From: Phoronis australis
Lineage: Eukaryota > Animalia > Phoronida
Length of the DNA stretch: 64,000 nt
Reading direction: 5' to 3'
NCBI GenBank assembly: GCA_002633005.1
Contig: NMRA01000568.1
Span: 96,577 to 160,576 of the forward strand
Under the pieces are notes generated by a model. The model searched no databases, was not told the DNA's origin, and saw nothing but the letters and a program-made list of their open reading frames with translations. The position numbers and the translations under genes were made by a program. This document shows, piece after piece, positions 52,522 to 64,000 of the stretch (position 1 is the stretch's first letter; each line of letters opens with the position of its first letter).

Positions 52522-52621
52522 AGATTCTTACCCTATGATATTAGTGGCCAACAAGGTGGACTTAGTTCATCTGCGCAAGGTTTCTGAGGAACAGGGTCGT
52601 GAAACGGCTGAGAAATTAGAG
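52522..52621 (+). CDS. MRAS: M-Ras coding exon 3
   Basis: tttcag / gtaatg; [33 protein letters not shown] (NKxD). Confidence 0.95.
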
Positions 52622-53140
52622 GTAATGATCTCAATCATAAATGATTGAGCAATTTCATAAAATGTGATTACATCATCCCATGTAATGTGACAATATGTCA
52701 TTAATAGCTTAGCAAGTGTGTCGTTTACATCATCATTAATCTGCGAATAATCACCATCAAGTCACATTGTAACAGTACCCGTCACGTGAGTAACGAAGCA
52801 TAACTTTTCCATTACTTTACTGAACCTTTATATATCAACTTATCTCGGTTTGCTGAGCTTACCTCCTTATGTTCGCAACAAAGCTCTCATACACTATAAA
52901 ATTTTCCCGTATTTCTATTTTTCTAAGAGTAATCCCATTGGTTCCAATGCTCAAAGTACCAAATGTTGTTTTTCAATAGCTGTGCTGTATAAACCACAGT
53001 ATCAAGCAAGGTATTTTTTTCTTAACAGTTGCTTAATTGTTGAAAATTTTGGGAAAATGAAATTCGAGTCATGTGCCATGTTGTGACCCAAACTGAAGAA
53101 TGTTCACTGCATGTAAGAAGGAACATGATCAACTATAGCA

Positions 53141-53816
53141 GTTGGTGAGACATGTAGGGCAGAGTCAGATAACAGTCAGTCACACATTAACTAGTGGTTG
53201 GTGAGACATGTAGGGCAGAGTCAGATAACAGTCAGTCACACATTAACTAGTGGTTGGTGAGACATGTAGGGCAGAGTCAGATAACAGTCAGTCACACATT
53301 AACTAGTGGTTGGTGAGACATGTAGGGCAGAGTCAGATAACAGTCAGTCACACATTAACTAGTGGTTGGTGAGACATGTAGGGCAGAGTCAGATAACAGT
53401 CAGTCACACATTAACTAGTGGTTGGTGAGACATGTAGGGCAGAGTCAGATAACAGTCAGTCACACATTAACTAGTGGTTGGTGAGACATGTAGGGCAGAG
53501 TCAGATAACAGTCAGTCACACATTAACTAGTGGTTGGTGAGACATGTAGGGCAGAGTCAGATAACAGTCAGTCACACATTAACTAGTGGTTGGTGAGACA
53601 TGTAGGGCAGAGTCAGATAACAGTCAGTCACACATTAACTAGTGGTTGGTGAGACATGTAGGGCAGAGTCAGATAACAGTCAGTCACACATTAACTAGTG
53701 GTTGGTGAGACATGTAGGGCAGAGTCAGATAACAGTCAGTCACACATTAACTAGTGGTTGGTGAGACATGTAGGGCAGAGTCAGATAACAGTCAGTCACA
53801 CATTAACTAGTGGTTG
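53141..53816. repeat. 56-bp minisatellite, 12 apparently identical units (MRAS intron)
   Basis: gttggtgagacatgtagggcagagtcagataacagtcagtcacacattaactagtg at 53141, 53197, ... 53757. Confidence 0.95.
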
Positions 53817-54267
53817 ACGAACATGTCAGAAGTGATCGATAAGCGCGCCAGTCGATGGCGAGATTGGGAACATGATTTCTGCCTGCAGTGTTGACCAAGC
53901 TATGTGAATGACTGCGGAACTGTCTTTGTCTACATTATGAAGCATATGAGAGCAACATTCTGAAGAGGAGAAATGCTCCTATGACTGGGATAAGAACATA
54001 TTTAGGCAGTTAGAAGCACAGTCAGGTCTATAGGTGGTTGTGAAGGTTTCTTCGTTCATGACAGAGCCATGTGAAAATACTGTTTTACATGAAAAAAGGC
54101 AACGTTGAAATGGTGTGTAGTGTTTAAGAGACTCTTCAAAACTGATAAAGTTTGTTTCGCAACAAAATGAATTTCAGTAAGTAGGTTTTTGTGGCATTAT
54201 CTGATATAGCAGACCGGGTTACAGTTTTCAAGGTGCTGTAACTATATTTTGTATCAACCATTTCTAG

Positions 54268-54347
54268 ATCCACTACATCGAAACTAGTGCGAAAGATCCA
54301 CCCCTGAATGTTGACGCTGCATTCCACGAGGTTGTTAGAGTGATACG
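54268..54347 (+). CDS. MRAS: M-Ras coding exon 4
   Basis: tttctag / gtacgt; [26 protein letters not shown] ([10 protein letters not shown] is M-Ras-typical). Confidence 0.95.
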
Positions 54348-55879
54348 GTACGTAACACTTGCACTTGTTGTACCATCCTCAAGCACCAGTGATGTAAACA
54401 CACTTTTGCCTGACCTGTCCGCCATGACACGTCAGCTATAGCTATCTAATGTATGTGGCATTACATGGATATTTGGTAGAGACAAAGAAATACCATTTAA
54501 AGTAAAATCTTCTTCCTAATGTATCTGTAGTTATGTTATTCAAAACGAAGCTCACGAGAGTGTAGCTACCTTACAATTGGTGTTGATGGTGAAAGGGTTA
54601 AAATATTTACAAGAATGTGGGTGTGTGACTTTTAGACAACTGCACCTTGGCTTGCAAACCAAATATTGGTTGATATGATCTAGCTTGTCTGTGAGCGTTG
54701 CCAGTAAATAACACAGTAACCTCTTTGTATTGCAAGATACTGGGAAAATGAAATAATCTACCCACAATAGTATTTTTTGTATACTGATGTTGCGAGTTCA
54801 GTGAAGCTGCAAGTCAACACACATCTGGTATTGAACTATTGTGTTCATGGCAGATTATGTATGATAATTACAGAATTTTCCTAAGTCAACCTCACTTCTC
54901 GGTTTTTGCTCTCATGAGCACCTATGGTTATGGTGGCACCTATGGTTGTGGTGGCAAACGATTTGGTAATGTTGACATACTGCAACCACACATATGCGCA
55001 GTAACTTGCCAGTTTTTGAAAGAACAACTAGTTTTGTATGGTGGCAGTGCTCCAGCAATGTGTCACTAGGTCAAAGGTCATCCGAGTGTTTTCCTCTGAC
55101 TCTTAGGTATTATCTGTAGATACAAATTGCAGAATGTGTGAGATATTGTGTACTTCTTGCTCACACCTTAGCATTTAGCAGCATGCAATTCTCATTTTGT
55201 TGTGCTTTGAGAATAGGAAGCAAATTACTAGGTATTGCCCACTGAATGATGTCACATGCATTCAAAGGTTTCGGTTTATGCTTAAAACATCACAGTGGCC
55301 AATTATAGACCGGGATAGATATACATTAGACCTGGTAGGAATACCAGACCTGTAGCTCTGTTGATGTGCCTGTTATGGATAGAGAAAGACTTTGAGTTCA
55401 AGAATGTGTGTTACGGTAAATTTTCCTGAAGTTCGAACAAAAAGAATTACTATAATTGTCATTTTCAACCTTCAAAAGGTATTGTTTAAGTGCTCAAATT
55501 TCGCTGTGTGTTTGTTGATGATAGTTGTACAATATCAACTTAGGAAATGATTAAGTAAAATTTTCTTGCTGTTAACTTTTATTGAAAAATTTGATACAAT
55601 GAGTTTCCACTATTCCACCATATTGTGTTCTAAATTGAAGAAAATGTTCCATATGCCCAAAAATTTTTTTGAACTGAAATATGAAATACTTGTAAGTGTG
55701 TTATCTTTATGAGCAAGTTCACTAACTATTTGTTTATTAAAGAATATTTAGTATCATCATTCAGGTCATTAGCGGTATTATGACATTATGCATTATCTGT
55801 GTCTTGCGGCTATTAAAGTAAGATAACACAGCTATTTTTGTTGTTTAAATCCAACACTTTATAATAGTATTAAAATTAA

Positions 55880-57553
55880 AGGAGCATACCACCCAAAAAA
55901 CAACCTAATTTGTATCAATTTAGATCGAGTAGTTCTACTCCGTAACAACACGTACGGTTGCGTTACCTGACACCTGACGGCGGAGTTGAAAATATCCAAT
56001 GACGTCATTGGTTTCACATGCAGTCTGTTCAGCAGTTCACAACACGGGTTACTGGTGTCAGCTTATCGTTTGAAGTCATCGTTTAACACTATTAAATCAT
56101 CAAACTTCGATGTAAAACCCCTAAAAATACACCGAGTTCTTTTAAAAACATGTTGTTTTATTTCGCTCTCATGGATTTATTGGTATTTGGACAAGTACAC
56201 CGTATCCTACAAAGTTCGGCAGGCCAATAAGGTCCGTAGCAGGAGTTTGAGGTCTGTTCGGAGAAATATTTTCCGTGAAATACAGACAGGAGAACCTAGA
56301 TCTGTGTTGTTTAGACTTGTGATTTTTTGAGTTCTAAACACAAAACGCTTGTTAGCCTAGCCAGTGACTCGGAGCCTGATCAGGCCCGTCACGGCCGGCC
56401 GGATTGACTCCGCCGTTATCCCCACCAGTGGCTCGGAAACTGATCAGACATCACGAACACAAACCAGCCAATGTTCAGTGGAAACTAAACTTCCAGTCAA
56501 GAAAATACTATACTAGTGAGCCAAAGTAATGTGCACCTGATTATGTTGGTAAATTAGCCACGAAACTGCAAATCTACTTACTCGTGGGGGGCCGTGAATT
56601 CAGGTTCCGCTTTGGCCACAGCACCGTCAGGGCAGAAGTTGTACATTGACAATCATTATTTGAGTTATGTAAATATAAATAAAGATTCCCCTAACACCTG
56701 GCCGTGGGATGGAAATCTAGTTGTTTCACAACAGTTCAGCCAGCTAACACTAAATTAGCATGAGCTCACACAGCCTAGGTGTCCCGTCAATTAGTTTTAT
56801 TGCACCTAAAGCCGGTAACGCAGTGATTTATTTATTGCTGGCTTCTCAAATCATTTGCACTCACGAACACTCCAAAGGCATAACAAATTGCATCTAATGA
56901 GACAGACTTTTTTTCAGTTTTATATAAGTATTTGTTAGGGTGAGAATAATTCATTTTGAAACAGAACGCTCAGTAATAAATGCCAATTTGAACATGGCGA
57001 CTCACAATCCCGACTTAAGACGAGCTAGAGCTCATCTGTCCCGACTTTGCAGGTGGATCGTTAAGTTTTACAGGCTATCAATTCGAACAGGAATACAGTG
57101 ATGGAAAAATACTAGAGAGGCGCCGTGAACAAGCTCAGACAACGGAACGTATGGAGTTATTTGGTAAGCCGGCATTCGTCAGGCACTGTCTACGTCTGCA
57201 GGCCACAGACACGGAGATGTTTCACGGCCTCATACTTGCTATTTACAGCGTATATTTTATTCTTTACTACCATGAGCCACTTTCTAAGCATTTCGGACTC
57301 TCGAGGAAGTAAAAAAACGATATGTCCGCTTTCCTCCCAGCTGCTTAGTTCAGACAAGTGGGAACGATGCACCGCAACATAGCACCATTCACTCTGCAGA
57401 TGAACCACTGACGTCACTAGGGTCATTTCTCACCTTGGTCACAGGTTAACGCGACACCTCTTGGCAAGGTAAAGTCGACCGTATGCGAGGCGATGCAAAC
57501 ATAGACCGATTAAGACAGCAAAAAAGACTTATTAAATCGGGTGGCATTCTCCT
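55880..57553 (-). mobile_element. Non-autonomous Kolobok-like DNA transposon with THAP relic (copy 2, inverted)
   Basis: TTAA flanks (55876-79, 57554-57); TIR aggagcataccaccc / gggtggcattctcct. Colinear with copy 1 in reverse (LPRESEMLRKWLMVVKNKIYAVNSKYEAVKHLRVCGL); each copy has a private internal segment. Confidence 0.85.
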
Positions 57554-57804
57554 TTAAAGCTATATTGTGCATCCAAGTAATGTGACTATTGTCTTGGGAC
57601 GTATGTATTTCAGTGACGGATCTAAGTTTTGAAGTTAAGTTTATCAGAAGAAAGCGACTTAGAATTAGATCTGTTGAGTCTACAGTGTTACTGATATCAA
57701 AATTACAAGTCATAGTTGAATTTCTGTTTATTAAACTGTCTTAAATTTGTCTCATGTAAACTTGAAGTTACAGCTGTGAGTTTGTGAAAGCACAGTCTGG
57801 TCAC

Positions 57805-58562
57805 TTTCCATGTGTATCTGGTTGATTTGCACACCATCACAATCCACTGTTCATGTGTATCTGGTTGGTTTGCACACTGTCACAACCCACTGTTCATGTA
57901 TATCTGGTTGATTTGCACACTGTCACAACCCACTGTTCATGTATATCTGGTTGATTTGCACACTGTCACAACCCACTGTTTATGTATATCTGGTTGATTT
58001 GCACACTGTCACAACCCACTGTTCATGTATATCTGGTTGATTTGCACACTGTGACTAGAGAATTATGACATATAGATGGCGCTTGGTATTCGCCCTAGCC
58101 GCCATGTTTCTTTTGTCTCTAAGTCCATTGTTTAATTAGCGGTAAGATTCCCTCATTTATTGTAGCCTTAGCACATCTCTAGCATTGTTAACCTATTGTA
58201 ATCACACGTCACTTGTTAGCGACCTAGTATTTACCCCCTGTCTCTGTTCTTTCAGGTTACGATCATTCGTAGTTTGCTGTAACCAATAAACAGTGAAGAA
58301 ATACTTGCGAGTTATTTTCTATGATCGCAACCGCTAATTAAACAATGGACTTAGAGACAAAAGAAACATGGCGGCTAGGGCGAATACCAAGCGCCATCTA
58401 TATGTCATAATTCTCTAGTCACAACCCACTGTTCATGTATATCTGGTTGATTTGCACACTGTCACAACCCACTGTTCATGTATATCTGGTTGATTTGCAT
58501 ATTATCGCAATACACTCTTCATGTATATCTGGTTGATTTGCACGCCATCACAACCCACTGTT
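57805..58562. repeat. 43-bp minisatellite interrupted by a fold-back insert
   Basis: Unit cacactgtcacaacccactgttcatgtatatctggttgatttg (57916, 57959, ...); resumes in register at ~58418. Confidence 0.9.
58050..58423. mobile_element. 374-bp fold-back insert: perfect 94-bp inverted arms around a 186-bp spacer
   Basis: 58050-58143 is the exact reverse complement of 58330-58423 (tgtgactagagaattatg...attagcggt). No clean TSD. Confidence 0.85.
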
Positions 58563-58592
58563 GCTAATGTGAACTTCATTGTTACCTTGCAG

Positions 58593-58662
58593 AGACCATC
58601 CTGCAGACACAAGAAAGGCTGTTCGACGGGGACGGAAGTCCAGCAAGTGTTCATTGTTGTAG
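58593..58662 (+). CDS. MRAS: M-Ras coding exon 5 (polybasic tail + CAAX)
   Basis: ccttgcag acceptor; (R)DHPADTRKAVRRGRKSSKCSLL*. The five exons total 591 nt = 196 aa + stop. Confidence 0.92.
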
Positions 58663-59417
58663 ATGCAATCTAACCTTCATAATAGTAATAGGATTTAAGT
58701 GAGATAAAGTACATAACACACGTCAAATAAAAATGCCAATAAAAATCAGCATAGTTTAATATACACCTACTGTATTAAATGGCTGGTCCAAACAGGAGCG
58801 ATTGCATTTTGTTATTATGTCTGTGTTTAAGTTTTTTGGATACTAATCCTGTATTTACTCATATGTCATTGTTAGGATTTCTAAAAATTTTTGAAAAAGT
58901 TGGGTGTTTTTACTATTTGTGACCATGAGACTAAGGGTTAAAACAATATTTAATTGGTGTGTAGATTTTAATATTTCCGTGGATTTTTGACTTCTGAAAA
59001 CCATTCAGTGTTAATTTCTCTGTTGCATGAGTCTTGTATTATACGCAGGGTAATCTTGTCTGCTGTAGTGGTTTTTCAATTATGTAGTAGATTCATTTTC
59101 TGATACTTAATTATTGAACTACTAGTCAGCTAAAATTGCATAAAACAGTTTCTTATAAACATTGGTCTTGGATATGGAAACTACTGAATGTGTTACAAGG
59201 GAAAGGTGCAATTACTTTATTTCTAAATATTTATTTATTTGTTTGTTTATTTGTTCTTTTGTTTCAGTTAAGGATTTTGTCTAGTAACTTTGTTGTACAC
59301 TATTGTTTCCAGTGTTCCTCTTGCCATGTATGCAGCCAGTGGGTCAGTTATTTGTAATACACTTTAGTAATGAATTTTAATGTACCTTGGCCATGTTTTC
59401 ACTATCATTTTGGATGT

Positions 59418-59685
59418 GCCCACATCAGTGTTTGTGTTTGGGCACACATCATTGTTTGTGTGTGGGCACACATTAGTGTTTGTGTGTGGGCACACATTAG
59501 TGTTTGTGTATGGGCACACATCAGTGTTTGTGTTTGGGCACACATCATTGTTTGTGTGTGGGCACACATCAGTGTTTGTGTATGGTCACACATCAGTGTT
59601 TGTGTATGGGCACACATCAGTGTTTGTGTCTGGGTAAACATCAGTGTTTGTGTATGGGCACACATCAGTGTTTGTGTGTGGCCAC
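59418..59685. repeat. 24-bp minisatellite (about 11 units)
   Basis: Unit gggcacacatcagtgtttgtgt(a/g/t)t; the source of the 8-aa periodic ORFs. Confidence 0.92.
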
Positions 59686-60197
59686 CCAATGCTGTTTTTT
59701 ATCTTTGTGTGGCACTGCCCAGTGTACCCACTGTTAAAAGGCAGTCACCGTAAAAATAGCATTCTCATTACTACAGAGGTCAAAAGTCAGGAGATGCTTG
59801 TTTTCAGAAGAGTGGAAACAGTGCAACTGATATATAGTCTTAACAGCCACCTTTACCAGTTCTGTTAATGAACTGTGTGCAAATTAAAATGTATCATGAC
59901 TGTTTTAACTTGAGACTCAACTTAGACTCAATTTAGGATCTTTGATTCAAGAGGCTCCTGTACATCTCCTAGTTCTTCTGCAGTATAAATTATTCAAATT
60001 GGGACCTAAATAATAAATGAGTTTATCTTGTTTCTTTTTTCAGAGGCTTGCCACATTGTTGCAAATGTTCGAAGTTTTATCAAATGTTGTTTGGTAATGG
60101 ACAAAGCATACAAACCATGCTAAAAGCAAAGCAAATATTCTTGTATCGTAGTTTTGTCAAGAAATTTGACAAAATGAAATTTCACTGGCATGTGGAA

Positions 60198-60309
60198 TGT
60201 CATTAGTTTGCTCTAGGACTATAATACTCCCAGGTTTGCTTCTTATCAACAATATTATGTCATTAGTTTGCTCTAGGACTATAATACTCCCAGGTTTGCT
60301 TCTTATCAA
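60198..60309. repeat. 60-bp-period direct duplication
   Basis: tgtcattagtttgctctaggactataatactcccaggtttgcttcttatcaa occurs twice. Confidence 0.85.
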
Positions 60310-62752
60310 TATAATTTCTAAGTTTCTACGTCATAACTGAAACGATTTTTAAGATGTAAATCCTTACTAATGCGCAAGGTTTTACTTGTTTTTGCAGTGA
60401 CACAAATTGCCGCGAAGCTAGACATTTGTTCAATTCTTGCAGATATACTGAAACCCTAGCATATGAACCGACAATGATAACCTACTTGTGGTTAGTATCG
60501 ATTATCGAATTTTGGTGATAACTAATTGGGGTAATGGTTTTCACTGGAATTACCCATAACCATTGTAATTAATTTAATTTTTGCAAATTTTCATGTTCTG
60601 AAATCCCTGCATAAACTGACAATGATATACTACTTTTTGTATTTATTCTTGAAATATTGTGTTTACCATTTTCACTAGAGCTGTTTTGACCGGACGAGGG
60701 TAAACAACAAATGCTATAGATTAGGAAAGACGACTGCTGTCCCTGGAAAATGTATTTTGTGAGCTTGGACACTATCAGCTGTATCATGTTCTTTGTCATA
60801 ATAGTACCAGTGTTATTTGTTGGATCGTTGTGTAACGTGAGAATCTCTGATGTCTGTAACTTTCAAGTTACAAATAAATTTTTTGTGAAAAGCTGGTACT
60901 GACATTTCTTCATCCTAAGCCAGAATTAAAGTCTCTGAATTCTTGGTCCGGGCTAAAAGTTGTGCTCCAAACTGAACCCAGCAAACTCGAAATTATCTGT
61001 CTAATGTTTTACATAGACGATTATCTAGTCCAAGTTGGGCACTTGATAATCACTAAATGCTACGAACTCGACACGGACCTCAGACTCTAATTTAACTGGG
61101 GTCATCAAGCACACTAGCCTGACTGAATAGTAAGTTACAGTAATCATAATGTACTGGAGCACAAAATATGATGGACAATTATCTTGAGTTCACTCGAAAC
61201 AACGGTCACACAATAATTTCAAGCTTGGACTCTTCAAATGGTAGTCACCCCGGGTCCAGGCTCATTTCCGCAAGATTGCATTATGGTGTGGTGATTGTGT
61301 TCAGAGATAAACATAGGGGCAGGTGTGCAACAGAAAAAAGTAGAAGTCCGTGTTGAGCGGACCCGCGGAGATGTACGATTCTACGCGACCACTAGGGCTA
61401 ATTTTCTCATAACTACGTACTAGAGGGCGGTATCAAAAAGAATCTAATAGGTTCAATTTATCCACGCAAAAAATTCCCGCTGCTGTAGGATCGAGTTTTT
61501 CAGCAAAAACGTAGAGCCTAGGGCGATTGTCTCCCAGACGGGAAACAAACAGTTGGAATTTGCATACTCGGTGAATTAGAGTGTTGTCAAAAAATGTGCC
61601 TTTTGGTCAGTTCAGTCCGCCCTTGTGCTGTAGACACACGACGACAGCTGAGAACTTGATCCTGTGGATATTTTTGTAGCAGATGAAAAGTGACGTCATT
61701 CTTTGTTGTGGCATATGAGGTGTTACAAACCCGTGATTTCCCGCCTCTAGTGACGCCGTACGATTGTTCTCTTCAGGTCCTTTACTTAAATTGGAAATTA
61801 TAATAACTTTTATGGTCGAGAAAAAGGCACAGCTCATTGGCAATGCAGTTGCTTGAAACGTCAAGTTGGTTCCTACGGTCGAAATAGAGTGACAGTAAGA
61901 ATTTCAGGCGTTTTAATCGGTTTCAATTCAAACAAAGGATATTAAGAAAACGATGACATTACTTCAGAAGGGACAATACCTGTGAAATAAGTCGTTTTTC
62001 TCACTAGAACAAATGATATATAGCGGCTTTGAACATAAAATATATATGTTTAAGTTAATGATTCTTGAATCAGAAATGATTTTTGTCAGTTTGAATCAAA
62101 CTTGTAAGAAATTGATATTTCAAGGAACTTTGATGCAGGTCTCAGCGAAATTTGGGAAAATCTATAGGTTATTCAATCCCCAATTACTTAGACAACTCTA
62201 AGTTGGTGTTTCGGTGCAATGTATTTTTACGTAGTTGGGAAAGTCTATGATATGTCACCCTAACACCAAAGACAACCCCTGGCGGGCCTCGTCGCAAAAC
62301 GGGACCCCATCATAATGTTAGCATAACCCCTAACAACGGAATGCCGGCGACGCTATTTTTTCTTTTTGGTCGAGTCGGCCATCTAGATCACCCGAAGTTG
62401 TTGTGTAAAATGTAGGTCAGAGTTCAGTTAGTTGAAAAAAGGATAGGCAAATTTGACTTTGTTTTCAGTTCGAGATAATTTATCTAACACATATTTGACA
62501 AGCATTGATTTATGTAATTTAATCCCTTGTGACTGACTGCGGATAGCATATCACTGGGTTTTGAGTGCATTTTGGAATAATTGGCATAACCCGTGATAGT
62601 GCGTTTGTCATTACATTGATAACAGAGCCATTGTTTATGTTCGTGTTCCAATGACATGTCAGTGACAAGTCAAGCGCCAGTGTTTTCTTATAACTTTTGA
62701 TGTCCTGCGGTAGTTTTCGCAATCTCTGTGTTTAACCGAACTTAGCATTCTA

Positions 62753-63364
62753 ATGGGCAACGGGACACACGTGACGCAGGTGGTTGTTACGCAGATTTCT
62801 TGTACTTTATCTATCCTTGGTTCATCGTTTATTATCCTTACCTACTTCTTGTGGAAAGACATCCGTACATGGTCTAGGCTTCTTCTCGTCTATCTCTCCA
62901 TAGCAGATTTCGGAACAGCTGCCGGGTACTCATTCGGGAATATCATGGATTTTGTGTACGCACGTAGGAGTTCTGTAATTGATGAGCCACTATGGTGTAT
63001 CGTTGAGAGCATTATCGCTAACAGCATGCAAATGATGTCCTTTTTCTGGACTGTGTCCATCGCCGTATTCCTTTACTTCACTTTGGTAAAAGAGAACTTG
63101 ACAATTGTACCAAAGTTGATGACCATCTTCCACGTCGTTAGCTGGGGAGTTCCTTCTCTTATCATTCTCATAGCAGCGTGTCTGCGCAAGCTGGGCTCAG
63201 ACGACAACAAAACATCAGTGGGATGGTGTTGGATAAAGGTCCAAGATAATAACTTCCAAGATACTGTACTGTGGATGCTCATTGTGGGCAAGGGATGGGA
63301 AATTGTGTCCTATGTTTTACTTCCTGTCATTTACTTCCGGATCAAATGTCACATTTCTCAACAG
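62753..63364 (+). CDS. GPR157: GPR157-like (cAMP-receptor-like) 7TM receptor, first coding exon (TM1-TM5); the rest probably lies beyond the window
   Basis: SCTLSILGSSFIILTYFLWKDIRTWSRLLLVYLSIADF, SFFWTVSIAVFLY, FHVVSWGVP, SVGWCWI, LWMLIVGKGWEIVSY; donor CAG|gtacgt at 63364/63365. Confidence 0.85.
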
Positions 63365-64000
63365 GTACGTGTTTTGCCATTCGTGACCTCCGCGCTTAAC
63401 CACAATGCTAATTGCAATGTAAGTATTTTTATGGCACTACTTACAACAAAATGTACTCACTCAAATCTTTGAAGTGTAATGTTCTGCGTTGGACAGACAA
63501 AATCAAAGTCCGAGTTTGACGAGATGATTTTATTTACTAATTCCACTTGGAACCTCAGTGAAAACTTTGAATCCTTGTGAGAACCGTGTGAGAACTGTAA
63601 ATCTATGAAAAATACACAAAATACTCTAAATACATGACAATATTATATAAAACCGAATCTAAATTAAACTGTCAACAATAGTCACCCTAAGAAACTAGTC
63701 AAAATTACTCAAATCTAAGTGAATCGGTATATGAACTTTAAATCACATTTTACTAAACCAACATTTATCTTAAAACGTATTATATCTTAAAACATTTCAT
63801 AGCTCATAAACTCTAATGAGACTTACAGAAATTGCTCCCTTTGATCTTATCCACGCATGAACATCCAATTCTTGTTTTGTGTATCAGTATGATCCTTGTC
63901 AGTGACTGAATACACTCCTTGAAACTCTACAGACTCGGTGATCTGCTTAAAATACTTGATTCTCCAAAGTTACTGAGCTTCCTCGTCTCCTAACTTTTTC

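Noticed and set aside
59364-59753. Cys/His-rich 8-aa repeat ORFs on both strands
   Set aside because: They arise from a stop-poor 24-bp minisatellite downstream of the MRAS stop; no evidence of coding.
63880-63910. Candidate second GPR157 exon after gtgtatcag
   Set aside because: In the required phase it hits TGA after five codons with no TM6-like sequence.

Overview
This is eukaryotic (invertebrate metazoan-like), AT-rich, intron-containing genomic DNA from a draft assembly with several N gaps; it is not prokaryotic. I reconstructed host genes by reading splice sites and frames. (1) A complete 11-exon polypeptide N-acetylgalactosaminyltransferase (GALNT family) on the minus strand, 30211->11980, 613 aa. 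(2) A complete 5-coding-exon M-Ras gene on the plus strand, 51542-58662, 196 aa, ending CSLL. (3) The first coding exon of a GPR157-like 7TM receptor at 62753-63364. The rest is rich in mobile DNA: CR1/L2-type LINE pieces (one with a 2A-like DIEVNPGP motif), a non-autonomous LTR element with a tRNA-Ser PBS, an RNase H-bearing LOA/I-group LINE, a Tx1/L1 LINE fragment, DIRS/Ngaro and Penelope relics, TTAA-flanked THAP-bearing Kolobok-like elements, MITEs and minisatellites. Three observations stand out. An intact piggyBac transposase gene lacking TTAA target duplications sits inside a different element with 84-bp TIRs and an 8-bp TSD (P/hAT-like) in GALNT intron 7. A minisatellite is a tandem amplification of a GALNT exon/intron 5' splice junction. 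A perfect 94-bp fold-back insert in the last MRAS intron carries a splice acceptor, in-frame stop and polyA signal that could give an alternative CCNQ C-terminus. All family assignments come from motif recognition by eye; no searches were run.
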